Positions 25,201 to 37,900 of a stretch of DNA of 63,837 nt are shown here, piece by piece. The stretch is from the NCBI GenBank assembly GCA_038087875.1, contig CM075989.1, forward strand, positions 5,084,001 to 5,147,837. The letters run 5' to 3'. Source of the DNA: Malacoraja senta. Its lineage: Eukaryota. The notes under the pieces are model-generated. The model ran no database searches and was not told the origin of the DNA. It saw only the letters and a program-made list of their open reading frames with translations. Within the stretch, counting starts at the first letter, position 1. Each line of letters opens with the position of its first letter. Position numbers and translations under genes: made by a program.

Positions 25201-26082
25201 ATTTGATTCATATTTGTTTGCACTTTGTCAAATTGACACTCTCTACTGACTCCACTTTTATTGCACTTTTTACAGCTGTATCCTGTAGGCACAATGTACA
25301 GGGTCTCGACCTGAAACCTATCGTGTTCTCCAAAGACTCTGTCTGACCCAATGAGCTCTTTGTGTTTTCTCTTTTGTTTGCCAGCCTCTGCAGTTCCTTG
25401 TTTCCACGCTTCAGTGCAATGTGCATGGACTTGTTAGTACTGTTTGCCAATTTAGCATTCTTTTGCTGTTCTTATATATGGGTAATTGCCAGAGATTGTT
25501 AATATACATTCGATTTATCAATCTGTATTTGGACTTTCAGGAAATTGTCCCAATAGATTTATTTTTTGATTTATGCCCTTTAAACACATCTTAATTGCAT
25601 CTTCGCAAAGTCACTCACATTCTTCTGTCCTCATTTGTCAAAGAGCTTTCAAAGAGTTTTGAAATTGTAGGAGAAAAGGCAAATAGAGATGTTGTGTAGA
25701 GTTAGCGAGATTCAATTGCTGCATTGGGAATTAATTTCAATAAGAATGCAATGACAAGTCTTGGAACAACACTCAATAAATTACAGACAAAATAAAATTG
25801 CAACAGGCCTGGAAACACTCGAGTTTTCAAGATCTACACAGACTGCAATTTCTGAAGATACTCTCATGTTAAAAGAGATACCGTCAAAGGCAATATACAA
25901 TCATCTCATCAAGAGTATTTAATTATAAAGCGTGGTGGTACCTCTGTAAATCCAATCTTAGAAGTTAGCTACATTTCTGTGGTGAGCTGTCGTCAGAAAC
26001 TGAAGTGATCTTTAATTCAAAGTCATTATCATTTACAGAAATATTATCAAAAATTTGTATGCCTCTGGGAACTGTTGCAATT

Positions 26083-26285
26083 TGTTCAAGAAGGAACTGC
26101 AGATGCTGGAAAATCAAAGGTAGACTAAAGTGCTGGAGAAACTCAGCGGGTGCAGCTGCATCTATGGAGCGAAGGAAATAGGCAACGTTTCGGGCCGAAA
26201 CCCTTCTTCCCGAATCGTTGCCTATTTCCTTCGCTCCATAGATGCTGCCGCACCCGCTGAGTTTCTCCAGCACTTTTGTCTACCC
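26083..26285. mobile_element. Palindromic Penelope pLTR unit
   Basis: ~85-bp inverted arms around CGGGCCGAAACCCTTCTTCCCG; yields mirror-image ORFs 25965-26273 and 26130-26357. Confidence 0.87.
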
Positions 26286-27585
26286 GCAAGAATGAATTTA
26301 CTGCTTTTCATTTTGCACAGAGCTCTGGAGCGAATACTAGAGAAGAAACTCTGTTGACTGTGCAGAATAATAACTGTAATAACTGAGCTCATTCATTACA
26401 ACTTCAATAATTATAGCTGCAAATTGTATGGACTGCCTGGAGTTTAAACTATATAAATTCTCAAGGAACATTGTTCAATTATGTTGATACCGACACACAG
26501 AGACACACTCACACACGTGATGGCCGTAGGATAGGTTGAAAGATTGGTTAAAAGATATTAGTTGACACAGAAAGAGTAAGGAGGTATGCCAGGAGTATAC
26601 ACTGCTCTACCAATTCACAGCTTAAGTACTGCACACAAGTGTTGTGGTCACAGTACAGAACTGATGCAATTACCCTTGAGAGAGCAGAGAAGAATTAAGA
26701 TGTTAATAATCAAGCATTGGACATTTGTTCGCTGTTTAAAAATGAAGGTTTTTTGTTTTGTTTTTGTGAAACAGTGAAAGCTTTAATGGAGGTGTGTAAA
26801 ATTCCAAGGAGCCTCAAACTAGTAAGTAGGAAGGACCCAATTCCCCTAACAGGAGATGTCAAAGACCACGAATGGCACATATTTAAGTTAATCTGTAGAA
26901 ATAGAAGAGGGGGTGTATGGAAAGGAGATAAGCATCTGGAACTCATTGCCAGAAAGGTGTCGATACAAAAAAAGACCCTAAATTAAAAAATTACTTGTAT
27001 GAGTATTTGAAAAGGCATGGCCTAGAGGATCACAGACCACAGGAAGTGCAAGTGAGTTAGTGCCTTTTTCAATCTGCATGGACATGGAACAAATGACATT
27101 GTGCTGTACATTTTCTATAATTCTATTAAGAATATGCTTTTGTAAATACTTATGCTTCAAAGTTTTATTAGCTTGTTAAGATTAGACACATGAAGACACC
27201 AAACTAAAAGGGTTATATATTTGGTGCCATTTGCAACATGTTCCATAACCCCATGTTTAGCTGTAAACACCCCAACTATCAGCTTTGTCTTTATCAGCTG
27301 TGAGGCATGTTATCTGCAAGTTACATATGGCCAGTTGCATGCTTCATAAACTCAGTGTCAAAAAGCAATAAGGAAGAACACACCACGAGAACAGACTAGT
27401 ATGGGAACAGGCCCTTTCCCTTTGACACACTATGTCTGCATCAAACATGACGCTAAATTAAACTAATCCCCATCGGACAGCACATGGTCTGTATCTTTCT
27501 ATTTTCTGTCTGTTTAGATGTCTAAATGCCTCTTCAATGTTCTACCACACATTCCCAGCCACCACCAGTCTTCATGTGCCTAATT

Positions 27586-28265
27586 TGTAATTGTAATTGA
27601 TTTATTAGCCAAGTATGTAAAAACATAAAGAATTTGATTTGCCACACAGACATACCAAAAAAGCAGCAAGACACACAACTGCATAAAAATTAACATAAAC
27701 AACCACCACAGCGCACTGTGATGGAAGGCAATAACGTATTATCTGCTTCCTTCCTTTCCTCCTGCAGTCAGGGCAGTCGAACCATCCGCAGTCGGGGAGA
27801 TTGAAGCTCCTGTAGCCGGCAATCGAAGCTCCCGCGTCAGGGCGATCAAAGCTCCCGCTTCGGGGCGATCGAACCACCACGTCGGAGCAATCGAATCTCC
27901 AGCGTCGGGGCGATTGAAGCTCCCGCGATCGGGACAGTCGAAGCACCTGCGGTTGGAGCTCCCGAAGTCGTTCCCTAACCAAGGGACAGTGAGCTCCATG
28001 ATATTAAGTCCGCAGGCTCCCGCAGTTGGAGCTCCCGAAGTCAATCCCCAGCAAAGGGACCGCCAGCTCCACGATGTTAGGCCGCAGGCACGATATGGAA
28101 AGAAAACGCATTTCCGCTGAGGAAATAAAAAAGTTCCCCCCCCACACACATAATACAAAACTAAAGATACACTAAAACATACATTTAACAACAGACTAAA
28201 AACAACAAAAGAAGAAGAGAACGAGAAAGACAGCTGGCGAGGCTGCCATTGTGCGACACCACCTC
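27586..28265 (-). mobile_element. GC-rich non-autonomous retroposon with internal 22-24 bp minisatellite
   Basis: (CAATTA)n tail after AATAAA on the minus strand; ~8 copies of GTCGGGGCGATCGAAGCTCCCGC at 27767-27965; related to 41594-42200. Confidence 0.7.
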
Positions 28266-28709
28266 CAGTATCCAACATTTCCAACCTTGGAAAATCTGAC
28301 AATCTTCTCTATCTTTGTCATTTATAATTTTATATATTACTATCACAAAGAATAATAAACTAAAATGAAGCATCTCCACAGCTGATAGTTATTTAAATAT
28401 TAATGGGAAAAATCTCCAAATATCAATTGTGCACTTTACTCAAGTGAAATTCATGTCACCGGAACACTTCCCCCCTAGTTCACACTGCTCTCCAAGGCCA
28501 CTTTCTACACATGAGCCTGCGGGGTGAACCTAATTCTCCAAGCATACTTGATTAATCCTAATGGGATCTTCAATCATCACATAACAGTTAATTACCAGCA
28601 GTGACGAGAGACAAATATCATAGATATTTGCAACACAGATTACCCAATAACGCAGTTGCAGCAAGGGATGTACAGCTCAGTAGCTGAGTAAAGCCTCTAT
28701 GCCCACTAG

Positions 28710-28890
28710 CAGGGCTCTCGCTTAACTTTTTTTACCTGTTGCCAGCCGGGCAACCTTGACAGCTTTTTAGGTTGCCAAATGACAGTTTAGGTGGTCATTG
28801 AAGACGGTTTACATGACGTGTGCGATAATGTGCTCGGACGAAGTGCGTAGTTACCAGTCGGAATTATGCTCAATGAAGCATTCACATATT
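28710..28890. mobile_element. Possible hAT terminal fragment, followed by a pLTR piece (28893-28995, minus)
   Basis: Starts CAGGGCTCTCGCTTAAC; CpG-retaining sequence; second end not found. Confidence 0.4.
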
Positions 28891-29291
28891 ATGTTCAAGA
28901 AGGAACTGCAGATGCTGGAAAATCGAAGGTAGACAAAAGTGCTGGAGAAACTCAGCGGGTGCAGCAGCATCTATGGAGCGAAGGAAATAGGCAAACAGTA
29001 ACATACAGAAGCTGGGAGTTCTGTTCATGAGGAAATGGGGAAGATTGTGATGAAAAGGGTTCAGAAAAGATGAGAGGGACGTGGCGAATACCTCAGAGGG
29101 TTGAATTGGATTGGGGCTTGAAGATTAAAGAAAAGGAAGGGGAGCAAAATTATACTGCATGTACAAGAGTGAGGGTGGAGGCATGTTTGTTGGAAGCAAG
29201 AAAAGGAAAGAGTTTTGCCAATTGAGGTCTAGTTTTCTTTTTAGAAAGCAATTTAGGAAAAAACCATGCTAAAGGAACAAGAAATCAGATT

Positions 29292-29497
29292 TAGGTACAC
29301 AAAAATGCTGGAGAAACTCAGCGGGTGAGACAGCATCTATGGAGCGAAGGAATGGGTGACGTTACGGGTCGAAGGGTCTCGACCCGAAACGTCCCCCAAT
29401 CCTTCGCTCCATAGATGCTGCCTCACACGCCGAGTTTCTCCAGCATTTTTGTCTACCTTCGATTGTTCTAGCATCTTCAGTTCCTTCTTAAACAAGA
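29292..29497. mobile_element. Palindromic Penelope pLTR unit
   Basis: Inverted arms around GACGTTACGGGTCGAAGGGTCTCGACCCGAAACGTC; ATCAGATT on both flanks. Confidence 0.85.
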
Positions 29498-30345
29498 CAT
29501 CAGATTCAGTGGCCATGTGTATAGATCAACAAAACCAGCATTTTCACAGGAAATGGAAAGCCCCTGCAATTTTTGACCACAGCATTATTGTATACTGTTA
29601 ACTTTTACACTCACGTCTATACTTTTATTGCAGACTATTCTTCATCTTGGCAGCATCCAGGAGCAACAAAAAATATTACTGATGCCGTAATATACAAAAA
29701 CTGACAAATGAACCATTAAAAAAAAATATAGGTTGCTTAATTTTTAGTATATTCCTCAACATTTTATATATAACAGATTGCTCTGTATATTGCCAGATTG
29801 TAGAAAACAAATAGTAATTAACAATGAATATCTGGAAATAATAAAATGTTGCATAATTCTCTCCATTAAATAAAGACAGACTCTTTCAACAGAAATTTAA
29901 CACATCATTTTTTCAAAATGAACCATTACAGCCATTTCAACCTCCTTTCATCAAACCCCTTTGATGTCAACCTTGAAGAGACGTGGCTATTGCCAAATAG
30001 TTTGTTTATGATGACAGCAACTAAAGATATGCTCATGGGGAGGTGAACAATGTGCAAGCTGGTTCTAGCTCAAGAGACAGCAGGCTTTGGATCAGTTATC
30101 AGAGCAGTCTGAAACCATAGCACCCAACCCATAAAATCAAAATGGCATTATTCCAGAACTTTGGGTGTGATATCAGGACAATCTCCAGTAATTCCCATGA
30201 AGAGGCTGGGGACATTTTACTGTTAAACCTGATTTATAAAATCACAAGTTAACACAATGCAAGAAACGGAAGAGACAGTTGGTTGCTCACATGGGAGATC
30301 CATCGTGCAAATGAACTCAGGATTTACCCCTGCACTGTTTTTGAT

Positions 30346-31120
30346 GAGTTTAGTTTAATTTATTATCATGTGTACTGAGGTAGAGTGAAAAGCTTTTGTT
30401 GCATGCTAACCAGTCAGCGGAAAGACGAGACAGGATTACAATCGAGCCTGCCACATTGTACAGATACATGATAAAGGGAATAACGTTTAGTGCAAGATAA
30501 AATCCAGAAAGTCCGATTAAAGATAGTCCGAGGGTCACCAAAGAGGTAGATAGTAGCTCAGGACTTCTTAGTTGTTTATAGGATGGTTCAGTCTCCTGAT
30601 AACAGCTGGGAAAAAACTGTCCCTGAATCTGGAGGTGTGCATTTTCACACTTCTGTACCTCTTACCTGATGGAAGAGGGAGTGACCGAGTGAGACTCGTC
30701 CTTGATTATGATGGTGACCTTGCAGAGGCAGCGTGAAGTGTAAATGGAGTCAATGGAAGGGAGGTTATCTTGTGTGATGGTCTGGGCTGCATCCATAATT
30801 CTCTACAATTTCTTGCGGTCTAGGATGGAGCTGTTGTCAAATTATTCCGATCAAGTGGTTTCTACAGTGCATCCGTAGAAGTTGGTTAGAGTTGTAGGGG
30901 ACAGGGCAAACTTCCTAAGCTTCGATGGAAGTAGAGGCATTGGTGTGCTTGGCCATTGCTTCGACATTGGTGGTCCAGGACAAGTTTCTGGTTATATTTA
31001 CCACAAAGAATCTGAAGGTTTCAACTATCTCTACTTTGGCACCGTCAATGCCTGCAGGGTTATGTTTACCACTTCAATTCATGAAGTTGATCACAATCTT
31101 CTTTGTGTTTCTTACTGACA
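30346..31120 (-). mobile_element. Rex1/Babar-like LINE 3' fragment
   Basis: Reverse complement of the 1620-2195 and 56865-58078 family; GTTTAGTTTAATTTATT tail. Confidence 0.8.
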
Positions 31121-31499
31121 ATGAGAGAAACTCTATATCTTTGACTTTCCTAAATGCCTAACAATCTATTTTTAAAATATATTCAGTAAGATGGTGTCCA
31201 CAGCTTTATTGAGTAAAGAATGTTGAAGGCTCGTGAGCATCAAGACGACGACACCCCTTTTAGCTCAGCCATGAAAGATAAACCCATGATTTTAAGACTC
31301 CTGACCACGGGTCTAGACAGATCAACAAAGGGAAACTTCATTCTACATCTACTCTGCCAGGTATCGTTAACAAGTTTTATGTATCAGCTCTTTCTACTCA
31401 ACTTGAATTGTAGGCCAGTCTGCCTAACCATCACACAAACCCATCATTCCATTCCTGTTATCACACGTACTAAAGATATGCTCATATATGCTTACATAT

Positions 31500-31684
31500 G
31501 GCTATATTTAAGAGGGAGTTAGATGTGGCCCTTGTGGCTAAGGGGATCAGGGGGTATGGAGAGAAGGCAGGTACGGGATACTGAGTTGGATGATCAGCCA
31601 TGATCATATTGAATGGCGGTGCAGGCTCGAAGGGCCGAATGGCCTACTCCTGCACCTATTTTCTATGTATCTATGTATCTATGT
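31500..31684 (+). mobile_element. CR1 LINE 3' tail with (CTATGTAT)n repeat
   Basis: GGCTCGAAGGGCCGAATGGCCTACTCCTGCACC followed by an octamer repeat. Confidence 0.85.
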
Positions 31685-31924
31685 ACGTCCTTCCTGACGT
31701 AAGCAGACCAGACCAGTACACAACCTTGTCAATGCGATCTCACATATGAAAATTTGTGAAATAGATCATTTGTGAAATAGATCATTTGGAAATGTAAATT
31801 GTATGCTGGAAATCCTCCACAAATTAAAACAACAGATTAGACTTTAGAGTCTATAGACTTGACACAGCATGGAAACAGGCTCTTCGGTCCACAGAGTCAA
31901 CACCAACTACTGATTATCATAACG

Positions 31925-33157
31925 ATTTATATATTAACAATGTAGACAAAGGAATTAAATGTAACATCTCCAAGTTTGCCGATGACACAAAGCTGTGTCA
32001 GTGTGAGCTGCGAGGAGGATGCTATGAGGCTGCAGGGTGACTTGGATAGGTTGGGTAAGTGGGCAGATACTTGGCAGATGCAGCATAATGTGGATAAATC
32101 AAGTCAAGTGAGTTTATTGTCATGTGTCCCAAATAGGACAATGAAATTCTTGTGAGTTTATCCACTTTGGTGGCAAGAAAAAGGCAGATTATTATCGGAA
32201 TGGTGTCAGATTGGGAAAAGGGGAGGTCCTGTACATCAGGCACTGAAAGCAAGCATGCAGGTAAAGCAGGAAGAAAGCAATTTTTCATATGGCCTTTATT
32301 GCGAGAGGATTTGAGTATAGGAACAAGGAGGTCCTTGTTCCTATAAAAAGCTACTGTAATGCGCCCTTTTAAATTGCCCCTCGGGGACAAATAAAGTGCT
32401 TTGATTGATTGATTGATTGGTCCTACTGGGGGTGGGAGATTGCAACCTTCACGTGGTCCGCCCTGTTTCGACGAATGCAATCAACCTGGCGTGCACAATC
32501 AAGTAAGATCAAATAGAACAAGTTGTTCCTTTAGGCTGTGCACACCATATGCAAGAAGAAGAAGAAGGAGGTCCTATTGCAGTTGCACAGGGCCCTGTTG
32601 AGACCACACCTGGAGTATTGCGTGCAGTTTTGATCTAATTTGAGGAAGGACATTCTTGCTATTGAGGGAGTGCAGTGTAGATTCACCAGGTTAATTCCCA
32701 GGATGGCGGGACTGACATACGATGAAAGAATGATTCGACTGGGTTTATATTCACTTGAATTTAAAAGGTTGAGAGATCTTATAGAAACATAAAATTCTTA
32801 AGGGATTGGACAGGCTAATTGAAGAAAAAGTTTTCCCAATGTTGGGGGAGTCCAGAACCAGGGGTTACAGTATAAGAATAAGGGGTAGGCCATTTAGGAC
32901 TGAGATGAGGAAAAACCTTTTCACCCAGAGCTGTGAATCTGTGGAATTCTCTGCCACAGAAGGCAGTGGAGGCCAATTCACTGGATGTTTTCAGGAGAGA
33001 GTTAGAATTAGCTCTTAGAGCTAATGGAATCAAGGGATATGGTGAGAAAGCAGGAACGGGGTACTTATTTTGGATGATCAGCCTTGATCATATTGAATGG
33101 CAGTGCTTGCTCGAAGGGCCGAATGGCCTACTCCTGCATCTATTTTCTATGTTTCTA
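31925..33157 (+). mobile_element. CR1 LINE RT/3' fragment with nested insertions
   Basis: TCCAAGTTTGCCGATGACACAAAG encodes SKFADDTK; NLWNSLPQKAVEA; insertions at ~32098-32151 and 32336-32564. Confidence 0.88.
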
Positions 33158-33275
33158 TCTGGTCACTTATCCCACTTTCACATCCACTCCATACACACTA
33201 GGGGCAATTTACAGAGGCCAGTTATCCTACAAACTTGCATGTCTTTGGGATGCGAGGAAACCGCAGCACCCGGTG

Positions 33276-33351
33276 GTAGGGGGGGAGGGGGAGGGGGAAG
33301 GGGAGAGGGAGAGGGAGAGGGAGAGGGAGAGGGAGAGGGAGAGGGAGAGGG
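33276..33351 (+). repeat. (GGGAGA)n purine microsatellite
   Basis: Direct reading. Confidence 0.9.
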
Positions 33352-34668
33352 AATTTCAGGTCAATGATCTTCCAGCAGAACTAGAAAAGGAAGAAAATGA
33401 GCAGGGTTAAATTTCAGAGGAAGGGGTGGTTGAGGTGCAGAAAGTAAAGTAAGTGTTTCTGATAAGGTGGAAGCAAAGAATTTGCTCAGGTGACAATTGC
33501 TTTCACAACCATTGCATTAATTATAGTTCCATCAAGAGTGGTGTAACAGGAACAACAGCAATTAGAGGAGTCAATACACAAGAACTGAGAGATGCAGAAT
33601 CCAAAAAGTGATGATAACCTAAAATAAAAGAAAGCTGGAACCATTCAGTATCTCAAGGTAGCATCCGTGACAAGAGAAACGGAGTATACAGTGCAGGTGA
33701 ATGACCTTGCATCAGAACTGGAAAGGTAGCTTACCTGAAGTTGAAGTCAATATCAAGTCTTATGGGCTTATCACACAAGATCGATGAGGTACTGTTTCAC
33801 AAGATTATGTTAAACTTTGTTGGACCAATGTAGAAGATGAAAGACGAAGGGCACGGGAGGAGTAGAACGGAGAATTTAACCAACAATTGACTGAAAGTGT
33901 AGAGTAGCCAGATGCGTTCTGAAAGCTGTCGACTAATTTGAATTTCACTCTTGCAGTTTTTCACCTTTCAATCCCCCCCGTCTTTTCTTTGAAGAGAAGT
34001 TGCCTTAGACATTGCTGCTGAGACTACAGGTCTGCTTTGGAAAGGAAATCTGCACTGCGTGATCTGCACAAGTCAAGTGTGAACTTTTGGAAAAAATTGG
34101 CAACGTGCATTTTATCGTGCTGGAAAATTAATGCATTTACACCTTTGCTTGAATTGCAATTAATTGACATGAACCGATTACAGTAAAACTGATATCTAAC
34201 TATTTGGAAACGTTATTGCTATTACATTTTGTACGAGAGGGCGTGAAGGAGCGAGAAAAGGGGGCAAAGGCATGTGGGACGGGGTGGGAGGGAAATGCAG
34301 ATGCTTTGGCGTCTGATGCACCAGATCATTTGCTCTGTTCCATTTCGATTCACTGGGGTCCCTGCCCCCACACTCAGCTGGTTCACTGGAAAAATTACAA
34401 TTGCATAACATCTACAGTGAACATCTAAAATGTAAATCTAATTGAATTAAAGTTGCGATATCAATAAAAATACCATCCAAAGGCCTGGAAAATGTGTTAG
34501 TCTGCCTCAGTATCAAATTTTTGCTGTACACCAAAATTTTATTTTGTATAATTAGTGGCTCTATTTTAGCTGAATTGTAACTGCAACTTCACTGCACAAT
34601 ATTTGTCACAATCATTCTGTATTGGTTTTTTTTTATTAAGATAAAGCAAAAAAAAAAATGTTTCTTAC

Positions 34669-34836
34669 CATATGTAAACATACGAGGAGAAGTAAGTTCA
34701 ATATTAGGCAAAGCACCGAGATGATTGAGAACAGCACAGCGGTATCCATTCTTCTGGGCATAATCGACAAATGTCCGAATATACTGCTTTTCACTGTGAT
34801 TAGCTATCCCAGGACAAATCACCATAGTAATATCCT
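34669..34836 (-). CDS. ABHD2: ABHD2 coding exon 3 (168 nt; EDITMVICPGIANHSEKQYIRTFVDYAQKNGYRCAVLNHLGALPNIELTSPRMFTY)
   Basis: attAG|AG acceptor and G|GTAAGA donor; peptide essentially identical to mammalian ABHD2. Confidence 0.97.
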
Positions 34837-35693
34837 CTAATCAAAATAAGAAATTGGTGGTATCAATAAATGTTATTAAACAGGCTAATGATCAGAATGT
34901 CTTAATAATGACAAGATGATATTTGTTTAACCCAGAAAAAAGACATTTAGCCTAGATTCCAAACTCTCAACTATGCACATCGCCTACTAGATGTTTCCCT
35001 CTCTGCTAACATGTAGGACAGAACTTTTGTACTGTACATATTTCAGATTTATTTTCCAGTAATGTATTCCACAAATCTGGTATCTTTTGGGTGAACATAT
35101 TTTACATACTTTATATATTGTGCTCAATGAACAATACATATACATCAAATTCAACAAGATCAATACCTCGATGGATTAAGGGACCAGATTTGCAGTGTAC
35201 CAAACAGTACATGGCCAAAGCTTTCTTCAACATTATGTATCAGCTTAGAATCGGCATACTATTCACTATTGAACAAGTTGGTGTATTAAACAGAGTCTGT
35301 GCCCGATTACAACCTGAGATGCTGCCTGTCCCACTGAGTTACTCCAGCTTTTTGTGCTTATCTCCAGCTTTTAAATGATTGTTGAACAAACATAGGTAGA
35401 GTTAATTTATCCTCCATTTTCCAAAATCTAGCTGTGCAAAACATATTATAACCTCAAGTTATGCCCTCTTGTTCTTTAATCTTAATGGATTATGTAGTTG
35501 AACCCCACTTGAACTACAATATTCCCCAAAGCCCTACCAATGTGATGTTGTTGCTGCAGCTAAGTGTACAGTCAACTAACAGTAAATGAAATCCTTCTCC
35601 TTTTGCACTTTTGAATAGAAGAATAACTATTATGTAATAAATATTTGTAGTTTCACCAAATTCTCCCTCAGTCATACTTGGGTGTTCACTCAC

Positions 35694-35869
35694 CTCCAGT
35701 GTTGTGCTCTGCCATAGGCTCAAAAAGGTCCCACGTAGCAGTAGCTCCATCAGACATGGGAAGATACTTGCGTAGACCATAGGGATGGGGAGAGCTTACA
35801 CGTCCCATTTTACCATACAATGCTGTCTGCACATGTCCACTCTTTCCCCAGATGAGGGGCGGAATATAT
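35694..35869 (-). CDS. ABHD2: ABHD2 coding exon 2 (176 nt; EYIPPLIWGKSGHVQTALYGKMGRVSSPHPYGLRKYLPMSDGATATWDLFEPMAEHNTG)
   Basis: aacAG|A acceptor and G|GTGAGT donor; phases join exons 1 and 3; peptide matches ABHD2. Confidence 0.97.
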
Positions 35870-36059
35870 CTGTTCAATAAAACAAATACAAATACTAGTC
35901 ACTTCACAAGAACATCGTTCCTCAAGCCATTATCCCCAACAAGATATCCTCTGTGGTTTACACCCATCCCACAATAAAGCCAAATATTTCTGCAGATGAA
36001 AGTGTTTTTGTTGATAGCAATGCTGTTCTTATCCAGTGACACCTTATCAGATGTCTTAA

Positions 36060-36416
36060 CTTACAATCCAGCGATATGAACGTTGAATTCTCTAATATTA
36101 GATAACTTCCACAAACACTCCCCTCTCCCACTCCCCTCCCTCTTTCTTCATTTGAGGTTCATTAACCAGCTTCACAGTTCAAAACTATATATCCGTCTTT
36201 GGCTCACCAGTATTAGCCAACAGTCGGCTTATCAGGGAACCTCCTTGTCGGAGGTCATCTGTTGTCGGCCCTGATTTGTTCTCGTCTTTTGCTTCTAGTC
36301 CAACCTCCCTCCTCCAATAATCAGTCTGAAGTAGGTCCCAACACAAACGTCACTTACCATTTTCTCCAGAGATGTTGCCCGACCCACTGAGTTACTTCAG
36401 CAGTTTGTGTCTATCT
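36060..36416 (+). mobile_element. Old Penelope 3' fragment
   Basis: GAACGTTGAATTCTCTAAT end of ORF; degenerate CAGTCTGAAGTAGGTCCC...AAACGTCAC pLTR. Confidence 0.65.
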
Positions 36417-36799
36417 TGTGTTCATCAGGTCTAACCTTTCATTCTTCACTGAATTACATTCCAAAATGAATTCTCCCGAGACCCTACAAAATAAGACTCA
36501 AAACATTGGATAGGTATTAGCTGCCTAACTGAATTTTAACTAATCTTATGCCTTGGTTTTCCTTGCAACTGATTCCTTGTATTCTTATGACATGAGCAAT
36601 AAGAGCAAGCCCAGGCCTTAAGACCGGTCAAACCAACATTGCAATCGCTATAATCAAGCTAATCCATTACCTCATCCATTTTATTTCCTGATCCTCGCTT
36701 CTCTTGACTTGAGGTATCCAAATATCTATACCTCAGTTTGAATCAGTTGCAACTCTCTGTGCAAAGCTTTCTTGGCTAGAAAATTTTAAAAACTCATAA

Positions 36800-37075
36800 T
36801 GCAGTGGCGCAGAGGTAGAGTGGCTGCCTTACAGTGCGAGAGACCCATGTTCAATCCTCTCTGAACGGAGTTTGTACGTTCTCCCTGTGACTGCTGGGTT
36901 TTCTCTGGGTGCGCCCGTTCCCTCCCACAGTCCAAAGACGTGCAGGTTTGTAAGTTAGTTGGCTTCTGTAAATCGTCCCCAGTGTGTAGGGTAGAACTAG
37001 TGCATGGATGATCATTGATCAACAAGGACTCAGTGGACCGAATGGCCCGTTTCCACACTGCATGACTAAACTGAA
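36800..37075 (+). mobile_element. HE1-like SINE
   Basis: Colinear with the other copies. Confidence 0.82.
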
Positions 37076-37774
37076 ATCAGAATGAAAGGACATCTAACCA
37101 ACTTACTGAATTTCTAACCTCACACAAAATCACGGCCCGAGTTCCAACTCAATAACCAAAAATTAAAACATCCTCTGAATATCCTCTCCATCAGACTTCC
37201 TCAATTTTATCTTACAAGAGGATTTCCTCTCATTTTTCATGCTTCAAGAACAGAAACCAATCCCACACAATAATTCTTCAAATAACAACCCTTCATCTTT
37301 CAAATCAATGTACAGGGCTACATCACACTACCTCCAAGTGTAACCTTGCCGTGGTGTAGACAGTAAAAATGTGCATTGTACCTCAGAGGTGTTCAAAATA
37401 AATTTGTGTACAATAATTACAAGGTTTCCTTCTTGTAAACAGAACACTTGCTATAAAAATCAACTTACCATTTGTTTCCTAATCACTTGCTGCACATGTG
37501 TGTGTTGTTAGTACACACAACCATAGCGCACTCAATACCAAACCTACATCTATAAAGCATATTTTTGGAATGACATTCCTCAATATTATATTCCATATAC
37601 CAGCTTGTTGCCCAACTAACCCGTCTATACACATCTTCCTTTTCGCTTATTCTTCACCTAACCTTTTTGTCAGACTTGAATTTATTAAACTGTTCTTTTA
37701 TCTAGCTATTAATATGATTGTTAATACTTGATCCTTGCACCCTAAGTAATAACTCAGCAACCCAAACATTAAAT

Positions 37775-37900
37775 AAAAAGGAACTGCAGATGCTGGTTTA
37801 CATCAAAGATAGACACAAAATGCTGGAGTAACTCAGTGGGTCAGAGAGCATCTATGGAGATGCAGCCTGACCTACTGAGTTACTCTAGCTTTTTGTGTCT
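37775..37900. mobile_element. Short foldback pLTR unit lacking the ribozyme centre
   Basis: AGACACAAAATGCTGGAGTAACTCAG ... CTGAGTTACTCTAGCTTTTTGTGTCT; AACCCAAA on both sides. Confidence 0.72.

Noticed and set aside
25965..26357. Recurrent small protein MLEKLSGCSSIYGAKEIGN...
   Set aside because: Translation of the non-coding pLTR repeat. It appears on both strands because of the palindrome and uses non-ATG starts.
27767..27965. CRISPR-like array of 22-24 bp repeats
   Set aside because: The units are abutting and degenerate with no unique spacers, there are no cas genes, and the context is eukaryotic. It is a minisatellite within a retroposon.
32933..33410. ORFs with GEGEGE/RERERE tracts
   Set aside because: Read-through of a CR1 tail into a (GGGAGA)n microsatellite.
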